A stretch of 17,318 nt of DNA from an uncultured Verrucomicrobiales bacterium (GCA_938091905.1 CALKOM010000161.1:1-17318); one strand, 5' to 3'. Shown: positions 1-11,417, counted from the first letter of the stretch. Translations and numbers: made by a program. Notes: generated by a model from the letters alone, not told the origin.

Positions 1-3248
<3,248 letters not shown>

Positions 3249-3257
3249 GTAATGAGG

Positions 3258-4424
3258 TTAGCGTTTGAAGGTAAGTGTGTGTGACGTGGGGCGTTTCAAA
3301 TCGCGGATCCTGGCTTCTTGCTCAGCGATCAATGGTTCGAACTGGAGAACTTCCACGGCGTTGTTGCCCTGCTCGTGTTTCCGAAATCCAAAGAGGTAGG
3401 TTTCGTTCTGAGGCCGCCAACGGTGGAAGAACAGTTCGTTCTTTTTCACAATGGCCCTTCGGAGTGTTGCTGTGTGTGGTTGATGATCAGAAGGGGCAAG
3501 CTCAATGCCTGCCGCGAGATCAGTGGCCCCGATAGTGGCGAGCATTTGGCCGCCATCTCGCAGCACTGAGTAATTCCCTTCCGCGAGACCGGTGATTTGA
3601 AGCTTGAGGGGAAGAGGAATCGAGTGGCTGGGGGACCATTCCAAGATGATTCCCTTCGTATTTGGGGAAACGTTGGGAAGTGCGCCCTGAGAGACTTTCC
3701 CCTCGGTTGAAGGTAGTGAAAGGGAGATGCTAGGTGGTTCAAGGGAAATACCTAGCGCTGTCACGAGAAGGGGCGTGATGGCTGCGTATCCTTCATCGGT
3801 ATAGTGGATGCCATTATCCGTTAGAGGGTGGGGCAAGCGTTCCCAGGCATCGCGTAGAACGCCATAGACATCGACGAAACCGTGGTTTCGTGTGTCGGCT
3901 AGATTTCGTATGGCATCGCGATAGAGGGCTAAGCGTTCGTTATGCGCATCCTGATTGGGGAGGGGAGCTGGAAGATTCTCTGCTGGCGGGGGAGACATGA
4001 GAGCGATACGGGCACCAGTTTTGGCAAACATGTCTAGTAGGGTTTTATAGCCTTTCGTGAAGTTGGGAAGGCCAGCTTCACCCTCAAAAGCTGCTACGGC
4101 ACCGTAGCAGGAGATGATGAGAGTCGGTTTAAGTTCGTCTAAGTGCTTTGTTAAGCGTTCGAATCCTTCCGCTGGCGGGCCGAAGTAGCTACGAGCGTCG
4201 CCAAAGACCGTGTCCCCGCTCCATCCTAGATTTCTGAAGCTGAGATCACGGTCTTCCAGTGCCGTTGTCAGTATGGTCTCCAAATGGCCGTAGGATTGTG
4301 AGCGCTCGATAAAGGTGTTTCCTATGAAGACGACACGGTCACCATCCTTGAAATCGACTGGAGAAGTCGCACCTGTCGAGGCGTGATGAGTGAGAAGAAA
4401 GAATAGAAGGAGCCTGACGAACAT
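3258..4424 (-). CDS. Secreted SGNH/GDSL-fold protein (388 aa) with non-canonical catalytic motifs
   Basis: SGNH-like blocks VVFIGNTFIER, FRNLGWSGDT, PTLIISCYG and TDNGIHYT. Start moved from 4526 to ATG 4424 because it gives a signal peptide (MFVRLLLFFLLTHHASTG) and has a TATTCT -10 box 6 nt upstream. Confidence 0.88.
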   Translation of the reverse strand: MFVRLLLFFLLTHHASTGATSPVDFKDGDRVVFIGNTFIERSQSYGHLETILTTALEDRDLSFRNLGWSGDTVFGDARSYFGPPAEGFERLTKHLDELKPTLIISCYGAVAAFEGEAGLPNFTKGYKTLLDMFAKTGARIALMSPPPAENLPAPLPNQDAHNERLALYRDAIRNLADTRNHGFVDVYGVLRDAWERLPHPLTDNGIHYTDEGYAAITPLLVTALGISLEPPSISLSLPSTEGKVSQGALPNVSPNTKGIILEWSPSHSIPLPLKLQITGLAEGNYSVLRDGGQMLATIGATDLAAGIELAPSDHQPHTATLRRAIVKKNELFFHRWRPQNETYLFGFRKHEQGNNAVEVLQFEPLIAEQEARIRDLKRPTSHTLTFKR

Positions 4425-4430
4425 GGGCTG

Positions 4431-4436
4431 AGAATA
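4431..4436 (-). promoter_or_regulatory. Putative sigma70 -10 box (TATTCT) for the SGNH/heme-protein operon
   Basis: Minus strand reads TATTCT-cagccc-ATG. No convincing -35 and no Shine-Dalgarno sequence. Confidence 0.45.
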
Positions 4437-4538
4437 GAGAGGTTGTGTGGAGGTCTGCCAGCAAAGAACACCGGAAGAATAGACCTGATGTGTCGAGGCT
4501 TTACTTTCGCTAGGCATTGCGCACATTCACGGCACCCG

Positions 4539-5165
4539 ATGGATGCCAATGCCCCAATTCGATTACTCTTCGCGCTGTACTTGGCTACGCTAATGGGCTG
4601 TCAGGTTTGGCCGACGGGTAGTCAAACGGCATCTGATGCCTATCCAGCCTCGATCGAGATCGTGAAAGCGGAAGCGGCCTTGCATCGCGTGGCCGATGCA
4701 AATGGAGAAGCCCTGGGCGACGATTTCTTCATGCTCCGAACACGATGTGTCGTCCAGGTGGAGAATCGTTCGGGGAAAACTCAGTCGGTTCTGAGTCACT
4801 TTGGTTCTGCTTTTGATGATCTCCGAGTTCGGGTGCGAGACGAGAGTGGTCGGCGGCTTGTAGCAACAACGCATACCCTGTGGGCGGATCCACTTCTCAG
4901 TGGCCAATGGTTTCCTCTCGCTGAGGGCACGACGGAAGTGGAGCTCAGCTCGGCCACACTTGTCGGCCCTGGTTTGGTAGACGACGAGTATCCTCTGATT
5001 ATCGACCGGGAACTCACGCAGACCATTCAGTTAGAGTACTTTGGAGGATTCCCTGGTAGTGACCTTTCCCGGGCAATTCAGTCGAATCGAGTTGTTGTTA
5101 AGGTGGCGGATCGTACCATGGCCGTACCTCGTAAACCTGTCCCGTTGCCGCAGGATCGTGTTTGA
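4539..5165 (+). CDS. Hypothetical lipoprotein (208 aa)
   Basis: MDANAPIRLLFALYLATLMGC gives a hydrophobic h-region and a lipobox-like LMGC. The mature region is beta-strand rich (CVVQVENRSG, LRVRVRDESG, TIQLEYFGG, IQSNRVVVKV). The stop is 1 nt before the next ATG. No family recognised. Confidence 0.7.
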   Translation: MDANAPIRLLFALYLATLMGCQVWPTGSQTASDAYPASIEIVKAEAALHRVADANGEALGDDFFMLRTRCVVQVENRSGKTQSVLSHFGSAFDDLRVRVRDESGRRLVATTHTLWADPLLSGQWFPLAEGTTEVELSSATLVGPGLVDDEYPLIIDRELTQTIQLEYFGGFPGSDLSRAIQSNRVVVKVADRTMAVPRKPVPLPQDRV

Positions 5166-5166
5166 A

Positions 5167-5631
5167 ATGAGGGCAACTGTCAGAGCATCCGTTTGGCGTG
5201 GGCTCGTGATCGCAACGCTACTGTCGTTGGGAACGCAATGCAAAGCACCCAAGAAGAGTTACGGGCGTAAGCCGCCACGCAATTTCTCCAAAGTCATTGG
5301 AAGCCTTGCCCCGGGCCGTATCCAAGATTCCTTGGCGACGCCGCCGCATAATTTCTCGCGGAGCGAATATCCCTTTGATGCCCAAGGCAACTACCGTGAA
5401 GACTGGGTGCGGAGCTCGGGGGCTTCAAAGCGACGATCGGGCTCGTCAACATCCATGAAGCCCAACTCCAACGGATCGTTGCGCTATCACGTGGTTCGAC
5501 GAGGCGATACGCTGTTTAGCTTGAGCCGTCGATACGGCGTCACCCTTTACTCCATTCGACGAGAGAACGGGCTCGATAGCTTCACGATTCGCGTGGGCCA
5601 AGTGTTGCGAATGCCTGCCTCCAAGAACTAG
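5167..5631 (+). CDS. LysM peptidoglycan-binding domain protein (154 aa), exported and possibly lipidated
   Basis: C-terminal LysM YHVVRRGDTLFSLSRRYGVTLYSIRRENGLDSFTIRVGQVLRMP (~5485-5616). N-terminal signal MRATVRASVWRGLVIATLLSLGTQC and a Ser-rich linker. ATG 5167 follows the upstream TGA (5163-5165) by 1 nt. Confidence 0.9.
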   Translation: MRATVRASVWRGLVIATLLSLGTQCKAPKKSYGRKPPRNFSKVIGSLAPGRIQDSLATPPHNFSRSEYPFDAQGNYREDWVRSSGASKRRSGSSTSMKPNSNGSLRYHVVRRGDTLFSLSRRYGVTLYSIRRENGLDSFTIRVGQVLRMPASKN

Positions 5632-5729
5632 CGCTTTCGCGTATTCGAGATTGGCTGGCGGTGGATGCTACTTGTGGGACTGTTCAGCAGTTGCAAACGC
5701 CGTTTCCATGCACCAGTTAAGTCAAGTTT

Positions 5730-7844
5730 ATGAAACAAGCCTATCTTGAAGACGTCCCTCACATTCGCTGGTCCAGCCTGACGCCAGACGGCATTTCGCC
5801 TGCGGTCGAGGAAGCTCTCGTTCTGGCCGAGAAAGGAATCAATGAAGTCGCATCGCAGGAGCCTAGCAAAGCGACCTTTGCTTCAACCTATGGTGCGCTT
5901 GAACTGGCGACCCAGGAGTTGGACCGAGCGTGGGGGCGAGTGGGACATCTAGATTCGGTCTGCAATTCTGATGCTTTGCGCGAAGTCTACAACGAGTGGT
6001 TGCCCAAGGTTTCTGCATTCCATGCACAGATCGCGCTCAACGATGGTCTGTGGCAAGCGCTTAAAGCGGTGGCTGAGAACCCAGATCAAGTCAGGGCCTT
6101 GAGTCCTGTTGAGAAACGGCTGGTGGAAGAGACGCTACGCGAGTTTCGAGAGAACGGAGCCGATTTGCCACCCAAAGAGAAGGCCCGGCTAGAGGAGGTG
6201 AAGAAGGAACTTGCTGAGAAGACTCAGAAATTTTCTGAGAATGTGTTAGATGCCACAAATGCGTTTGAGTTGATCGTGGAGGATGAGGCTCGTTTGGAAG
6301 GGCTTCCAGAGATGGCGAAAGAAGGCGCCAAGGCTTTAGCTGCTTCCAAGGAAGGCGAGGATGACGGTAAGGAGCCTCGCTGGAGGTTCACCTTGCAGGC
6401 GCCTTCGCTCGTTCCTGTCTTGCAGTATTTGGAAGATGATGAAATTCGTCGTGAACTGTGGACGGCCTTTAGCAATGTGGGCCGAGAGGAGCCAAATTTC
6501 AATGGGACGTTGCTGAAAGAGATCCTCACGTTGCGTCAAGAAGTCGCGACGTTGTTAGGCAAGCGCAACTTTGCTGATCACGTATTGCAGTCGCGGATGG
6601 CCAAGGATGGCAAGACCGCGCTTGGCTTTGTTGAGGATTTGCACGACCGCATCCGAGATCAGTTTGCCTCGGAGGTGGAAGAGCTTGAGGCGTTCAAGGC
6701 GGAGGAAACAAACTCGTCTGCGGGGGCGTTGGAGCCGTGGGAACTTGGGTTCTGGGCCGAGAAACTTCGCAAGCAACGATATGACTTCGATGGCGAAGCA
6801 CTGCGCCCCTATTTCGCAATCGACCAAGTCATTGATGGCATGTTCGCCATCGTGCAGGAGATCTTTGGGATTCGAATCGAAGAAGTGAATACGGTTTTCC
6901 ATGAGACTCCTCAAGCGGAGCCGGTTGAAGGGGAAGTCGAAGTCTGGCATTCCGAGGTCAAGTTCTACAATATCTACGACGGGGAAGGGGACTTGTTAGG
7001 TGGTTTCTATGCCGACTGGCATCCTCGTGAGAGCAAAAGGGGGGGGGCTTGGATGAACTATTTGCGCACAGGGCAGCCTCCCGAGGCCTCTGAGAGTGGC
7101 AAACGCGAGCCGCACATCGGGCTGATCTGCGGAAATCTGACGCCTTCTGTCGAGGGCAAGCCTGCCTTGCTGAATCACGGCGAGGTCGAGACCGTGTTTC
7201 ATGAGTTTGGGCACTTACTGCATCACTTGTTAGGAAATGTTGCTGTGCGCTCTCTCAATGGGGTAAATGTGGTCTGGGACTTTGTCGAACTGCCTTCCCA
7301 GATTATGGAGAATTTCTGTTGGGAACGTGTCAGTCTTGATCGATTTGCGCGTCATGTGGAGACGGGCGAGCCTATCCCAAATGAGCTGTTTGATAAGATG
7401 ATCGCCGCCAAGAATTTCCAATCGGCGATGGGGGCGATGCGCCAGTTGTCCTTCGGAAAGATGGATCTCGATCTCCATTTCAACTATGCCAAGCATATCG
7501 AAGGCGACTTGGATTCAAATATTGATACGATGCTTGGAGACTATCAAATTCGCACTAAATCGCCTCGACCCAATAACAGCCAGGCCTTCAATCACCTCTT
7601 CTCGTCTCCCACAGGCTACGCGGCCGGCTACTACTCTTACAAATGGGCCGAAGTTCTCGATGCCGATGCTTTCACTCGATTTCAACAAGACGGGGTACTC
7701 AGTGCCAAGGTCGGGAGAGAGTTCCGCGAAAAGATTCTCAGCCAAGGCAATGCACGCGAGGCCGGCGAACTCTTCAGAGATTTCATGGGACGAGATCCAG
7801 ACCTGCAAGCTCTCCTTATCCGCAGTGGTCTGACAGCTGCTTAG
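5730..7844 (+). CDS. prlC: Oligopeptidase A, M3A family zinc metallopeptidase (704 aa)
   Basis: HEFGH zinc motif, VVWDFVELPSQIMENFCWE, FYADWHPRESKRGGAWM, FNHLFS..GYAAGYYSYKWAEVLDADAF, FRDFMGRDP. Confidence 0.95.
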   Translation: MKQAYLEDVPHIRWSSLTPDGISPAVEEALVLAEKGINEVASQEPSKATFASTYGALELATQELDRAWGRVGHLDSVCNSDALREVYNEWLPKVSAFHAQIALNDGLWQALKAVAENPDQVRALSPVEKRLVEETLREFRENGADLPPKEKARLEEVKKELAEKTQKFSENVLDATNAFELIVEDEARLEGLPEMAKEGAKALAASKEGEDDGKEPRWRFTLQAPSLVPVLQYLEDDEIRRELWTAFSNVGREEPNFNGTLLKEILTLRQEVATLLGKRNFADHVLQSRMAKDGKTALGFVEDLHDRIRDQFASEVEELEAFKAEETNSSAGALEPWELGFWAEKLRKQRYDFDGEALRPYFAIDQVIDGMFAIVQEIFGIRIEEVNTVFHETPQAEPVEGEVEVWHSEVKFYNIYDGEGDLLGGFYADWHPRESKRGGAWMNYLRTGQPPEASESGKREPHIGLICGNLTPSVEGKPALLNHGEVETVFHEFGHLLHHLLGNVAVRSLNGVNVVWDFVELPSQIMENFCWERVSLDRFARHVETGEPIPNELFDKMIAAKNFQSAMGAMRQLSFGKMDLDLHFNYAKHIEGDLDSNIDTMLGDYQIRTKSPRPNNSQAFNHLFSSPTGYAAGYYSYKWAEVLDADAFTRFQQDGVLSAKVGREFREKILSQGNAREAGELFRDFMGRDPDLQALLIRSGLTAA

Positions 7845-7853
7845 CTTCCGGAC

Positions 7854-8050
7854 GAAAACCACGAATAAACGCGAATGGCTTGTGCTTATCAGCCAACTTA
7901 GATGAGTCCTTTCTCGCATCTCTAACTCGTCTGTTTGGGGGGACCGTCTGCATCGGTCGTCACTCAATGCAGATCTTGGTTCGCAGTTATAGAGAGCTTT
8001 CGCACACTTTGATAAAAGCAATGCAGGATTCGTGTTTATTCGTGGTCTTC
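7854..8050. repeat. Intergenic element bounded by 23-bp imperfect inverted repeats (MITE/REPIN-like or structured RNA)
   Basis: GAAAACCACGAATAAACGCGAAT (7854-7876) versus ATTCGTGTTTATTCGTGGTCTTC (8028-8050): 21/23 complementary, with an 18/19 core. Additional inner pairing is present. Confidence 0.75.
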
Positions 8051-8079
8051 CTATTCGTTGAGCGCCACAGTGTCATGAC

Positions 8080-8107
8080 TTGATCCTGCCCGGCAATCGG
8101 CTACCCT
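8080..8107 (+). promoter_or_regulatory. Putative sigma70 promoter for the antiporter (TTGATC-N16-TACCCT), 7 nt before ATG
   Basis: -35 at 8080-8085, -10 at 8102-8107, ATG at 8115. No Shine-Dalgarno sequence. Confidence 0.5.
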
Positions 8108-8114
8108 CCGCGCC

Positions 8115-9347
8115 ATGGGTATCTTCGACATCGCAGCTTGTCTGATCACATTGGCAGCCCTCTTCGGTTATGTGAATCTTCGGTTCATCAAATTACCGAC
8201 GACGATCGGGGTGATGCTGATCAGCCTTTGTTTTTCGGTGGGCCTCGTTCTCTTGAGCTTGGTCAATCCGGCTATTGTTGAAACGGGAAAGCAGTTCATG
8301 CAGGGCATCGATTTCAACGAAGCGGTGCTCGATTGCATGCTCAGTTTCCTTCTCTTTGCTGGAGCGCTCCACGTTAACTTGAATGACCTCGCCAATCAGA
8401 AACGGCTCATCGCGATCCTCGCAAGTGTTGGCGTGGTGCTGTCGACGTTCATTGTTGGTACCATTGTTTATTTCCTGCTTAGTGCCTTCGGCATCCAGTT
8501 TAGCTATATTTACTGCCTCCTCTTCGGTGCTCTGGTATCTCCCACTGATCCAGTGGCCGTGCTTGGTATCCTCAAGACCGCTGGTGTTCCCAAATCTTTG
8601 GAAACGAAAATCACAGGGGAATCTCTCTTCAATGATGGTGTGGGCGTCGTTGTCTTCCTCGCCATCCTTGGAATCGCCACGGGAAAGAGTGACGGCAGTG
8701 TCGGCGATATTGCCGAACTCTTTCTATTGGAAGCGGGTGGTGGGGTCGTGTTAGGAGCTGTTTTTGGTGCGTTGGCCTACTTTCTTCTTAAGACGATCGA
8801 CAACTACCAAGTCGAAGTGCTTGTCACGCTGGCCCTCGTCATGGGTGTTTATAGCCTCGCCTTGGCGTTGCATATGTCCGGCCCGCTCGCCATGGTCGTT
8901 GCAGGACTCATGATTGGTAATCACGGTCGTCGGCTGGCCATGTCAGATACCACGCGTGATCATCTCGACAAGTTCTGGGAACTCATCGATGAAGTGCTTA
9001 ACGCTATCCTTTTTGTTCTCATTGGTCTCGAGTTCCTCGTGCTTACCATTAATGGAACGAACGTTCTGCTAGGTCTCATCGCTATTCCTATTGTTCTGCT
9101 AGCCCGCCTCATCGCGGTGTCGATTCCCATTGCGGCTCTCAAACCTTTCAAACAATTCAGCAAAGGCGTTGTTCCCATCCTTACCTGGGGCGGCCTCCGA
9201 GGCGGCATCTCCGTTGCGCTAGCCTTAGCCATTCCTGCAGGCCCCGAACGAGAAGTCTTCCTGACAATGACCTATGTGATTGTGATCTTCAGCATTGCCG
9301 TCCAAGGTCTGACTTTGAAGCCGCTCATTAATAAGGTCACCGCGTAG
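8115..9347 (+). CDS. nhaP: Na+/H+ antiporter, CPA1 (NhaP-type) family (410 aa)
   Basis: Polytopic hydrophobic protein with CPA1 motifs LFGALVSPTDPVAVL, ITGESLFNDGVGVV, SGPLAMVVAGL and LTWGGLRGGISVALAL. Confidence 0.93.
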   Translation: MGIFDIAACLITLAALFGYVNLRFIKLPTTIGVMLISLCFSVGLVLLSLVNPAIVETGKQFMQGIDFNEAVLDCMLSFLLFAGALHVNLNDLANQKRLIAILASVGVVLSTFIVGTIVYFLLSAFGIQFSYIYCLLFGALVSPTDPVAVLGILKTAGVPKSLETKITGESLFNDGVGVVVFLAILGIATGKSDGSVGDIAELFLLEAGGGVVLGAVFGALAYFLLKTIDNYQVEVLVTLALVMGVYSLALALHMSGPLAMVVAGLMIGNHGRRLAMSDTTRDHLDKFWELIDEVLNAILFVLIGLEFLVLTINGTNVLLGLIAIPIVLLARLIAVSIPIAALKPFKQFSKGVVPILTWGGLRGGISVALALAIPAGPEREVFLTMTYVIVIFSIAVQGLTLKPLINKVTA

Positions 9348-9389
9348 ATCTCACGCTGGGCGGAACACCAGTAGAGAGACCCGCATTTA

Positions 9390-9497
9390 GTTCAGTCCGT
9401 TACGTTCACGACGAGCGCCGTTCCTGTTCCTGAGCCTTCCGTATTCCTGCTGAGCGCTGCTTGCTTTTGATCCCTTTTCTTCGGTAGAAGAGGCAAG
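9390..9497 (+). pseudogene. Remnant of a PEP-CTERM protein C-terminus
   Basis: The frame reads VQSVTFTTSAVPVPEPSVFLLSAACF*SLFFGRRGK: VPEPS at 9426-9440, a hydrophobic segment broken by TGA (9468-9470), then a basic tail. There is no ATG/GTG/TTG between the upstream TAG (9372-9374) and the motif. Confidence 0.7.
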
Positions 9498-9586
9498 GAT
9501 TTTTGTAAATGGATAACCGTTGCCAACGTCGTATGGATTGCAGGCGAATCTCCATTCTGATTTAACATGACGTTTGTTGTTTCGTG

Positions 9587-10705
9587 TTAAAGGTGAGCGA
9601 GAGGATTTTCGCGACTTGTCAAGGGGAGGTCGACGGTGGCATTCTGGCGGTGGGATTCGAAGACGGCAGCGATCATTTCGACGCTGGTGCGGGCTTCGTA
9701 GATGCTGGCTTCGGGTTGGAGGTCGCCTTCGATTGCGCGGATGAGGTCGATGCAGGCGTCGACGTTACCTTTGTGGTGACCGTTGCCGGTGAAGGTTTCT
9801 GGTTTGCCAGGGCCTTGAGTGGTGAGGGGGATCCATTCTTTGCCGGAGCGACCGGGTGACCAGCCTGGGTCAGGCAGCCAGAAAGCTTTGGGGGCGTGGC
9901 CAACGTCGTAGAGTTCGATAATGCCTTTGGATCCCATGATTTTGAGGCCAAAGCGTGAGGGTGTGCCTGCTTGGTTGCGCCAAGAATTGAAATAGGCGGT
10001 GGCGCCGCTTTCCAAGCCATACATGGCGGAGAGTCGGTCGCCTGCAAGTGGGCCGATGCCTTCGGGGCCATCGAGAACGTGTTCTTTCGTGACTAGTTTG
10101 CGGCCTTGATAGACTTTAGCGGAACACCATTCAGGGGCGCCGCCCAGGTGATGCATGAGATTCATGACGTGGGAGCCGAGGACCCAGAGGTCTTCGCCGC
10201 CGCCGCGTCGATCATCCTTGCCGCGACCGCGAAATTCTAGCACTTCGCCGATTTCGTCGCTGTCGATGAGGTCATTGATGACTTGAAGGACGGGGCTATA
10301 GCGCGTTTGGAAGGCGATGGCGAGTTTGGTGTTGGCTTTCTCGGCCGCGGTGACCATGGCATCGGCTTCTGTTAGGGAGCGGCACATGGGTTTTTCCAGG
10401 TAGATACCTTTCACGCCTGAATCGATGGCGGCGAGGGTCATAGCGTGGTGCTGGTCCAGCCAGCGCGGGGCGATGGAGACAAGATCTGGTTTCATCTCCT
10501 TGAGCAGAGTACGGTAGTCAGCGAATCCTTTGATGCTGTCGCCTAATCGCTGAGTTGCTTTGGTGAGGCCGTCGGCATCGGCGTCTGCCACAGCCACGAG
10601 GGTGGTTTTGGCAACATCCTTCCACACGGTGTCCAAGCCGTGTCCATAGTTGCCCCGTCCGGTGTGTCCGATGACCGCGACGCGATAGTTTTTCTGTTTT
10701 GGCAT
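9587..10705 (-). CDS. Gfo/Idh/MocA family NAD(P)-dependent oxidoreductase (372 aa)
   Basis: Rossmann start YRVAVIGHTGRGNYG, PDLVSIAPRWLDQHH, IYLEKPMC (EKP motif), GGGEDLWVLGSH, LKIMGSKGII. Confidence 0.93.
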   Translation of the reverse strand: MPKQKNYRVAVIGHTGRGNYGHGLDTVWKDVAKTTLVAVADADADGLTKATQRLGDSIKGFADYRTLLKEMKPDLVSIAPRWLDQHHAMTLAAIDSGVKGIYLEKPMCRSLTEADAMVTAAEKANTKLAIAFQTRYSPVLQVINDLIDSDEIGEVLEFRGRGKDDRRGGGEDLWVLGSHVMNLMHHLGGAPEWCSAKVYQGRKLVTKEHVLDGPEGIGPLAGDRLSAMYGLESGATAYFNSWRNQAGTPSRFGLKIMGSKGIIELYDVGHAPKAFWLPDPGWSPGRSGKEWIPLTTQGPGKPETFTGNGHHKGNVDACIDLIRAIEGDLQPEASIYEARTSVEMIAAVFESHRQNATVDLPLTSRENPLAHL

Positions 10706-10711
10706 GGGTTC

Positions 10712-10741
10712 AGGCTACTCTTGGGATGACTTCGCGATCAA
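10712..10741 (-). promoter_or_regulatory. Putative sigma70 promoter for the oxidoreductase (TTGATC-N18-TAGCCT), 6 nt before ATG
   Basis: Minus strand reads TTGATC (10741-10736), 18-nt spacer, TAGCCT (10717-10712), gaaccc, ATG (10705). Confidence 0.5.
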
Positions 10742-10766
10742 TCAACATTATGGGGTGTGACCATCC

Positions 10767-11051
10767 ATGCCTGACGCCTCCGACGATGATCCCAAGAAAC
10801 GCACGCATACCAATGATCCGCTGCATGGCGTGACCGTGAAGGCGATGGTGACGATGTTGGTCGAGGAGCTTGGGTGGGAGGAGATGTCGGAACGCGCGCG
10901 GATAAACTGTTTCTACGAGAATCCAAGCCTCAACTCATCCCTAAAGTTTCTGCGCAAGACGCCTTGGGCACGCGAGCGAGTGGAGCGGCTTTATCTTCAA
11001 ACCGTAGCTCGGAAAGAGAGATACGAACGGCGTGGTCCGGCGAAGAGCTAG
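10767..11051 (+). CDS. VF530 family (DUF2132) putative DNA-binding protein (94 aa)
   Basis: Signature NDPLHGVT..MVTMLVEELGWEEM..INCF..NPSLNSSLKFLRKTPWARERVERLYL. Confidence 0.93.
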   Translation: MPDASDDDPKKRTHTNDPLHGVTVKAMVTMLVEELGWEEMSERARINCFYENPSLNSSLKFLRKTPWARERVERLYLQTVARKERYERRGPAKS

Positions 11052-11417
11052 CGGAGGATGGTGGGAATCGTTTATCCGCTGGAGGGGAGGAACCACTGAA
11101 GGACACGGAATGCTCAAACGATGAAGGAATGCTGGCGGATTGGGAGGCGCGTCTTCTGTTAGCAGGGCTTCGATGGATTCGATCAACGATTGTTAATCTT
11201 TGAGCTTCAGGCTTCATTAAGCGATCGTGAAATCACTTTTCAGGCTATAGTTTGGCCTCTTGCTTTGTGGTGGCTAGAGACTCGTCTCTGTAACTGCGTA
11301 GAGGACGAGGCCTGGCTCGGACTTCTGCAGTTCCCCAGGAGTGCCGCTGGGTTCGTGCATGGAGATGCCGGAGCATGGTCTTGAGAGCTCAGCAAGAGAG
11401 AGTCTTGTCTGGCCAAC

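Noticed and set aside
4425..4526. Longer N-termini given by the ORF track (starts 4526, 4443, 5041, 11375)
   Set aside because: Starts 4526, 4443 and 5041 overlap neighbouring ORFs. In all four cases a downstream ATG gives a clean signal peptide plus a promoter or coupling context.
5665..5733. 22-aa sORF MLLVGLFSSCKRRFHAPVKSSL with an ATGA overlap on prlC and a lipobox-like FSSC
   Set aside because: It has no charged n-region, the hydrophobic stretch is too short, there is no RBS, and it overlaps the likely prlC promoter region. Compatible with chance without ribosome profiling.
7039..7047. G homopolymer run in prlC as a phase-variation tract
   Set aside because: It encodes the conserved KRGGAW motif and the frame is intact.
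7515..8083. ORFs 7515..8021 (minus) and 7643..8083 (plus) crossing the inverted-repeat element, considered as a transposase or GxxExxY remnant
   Set aside because: They largely overlap prlC, and I found no GxxExxY, DDE or HUH motif in the frames I read.
9468..9470. TGA recoding (selenocysteine or Trp/Gly) in the PEP-CTERM remnant
   Set aside because: The frame has no start codon, and TGA appears to serve as a normal stop at 5163-5165. Decay is the simpler explanation.
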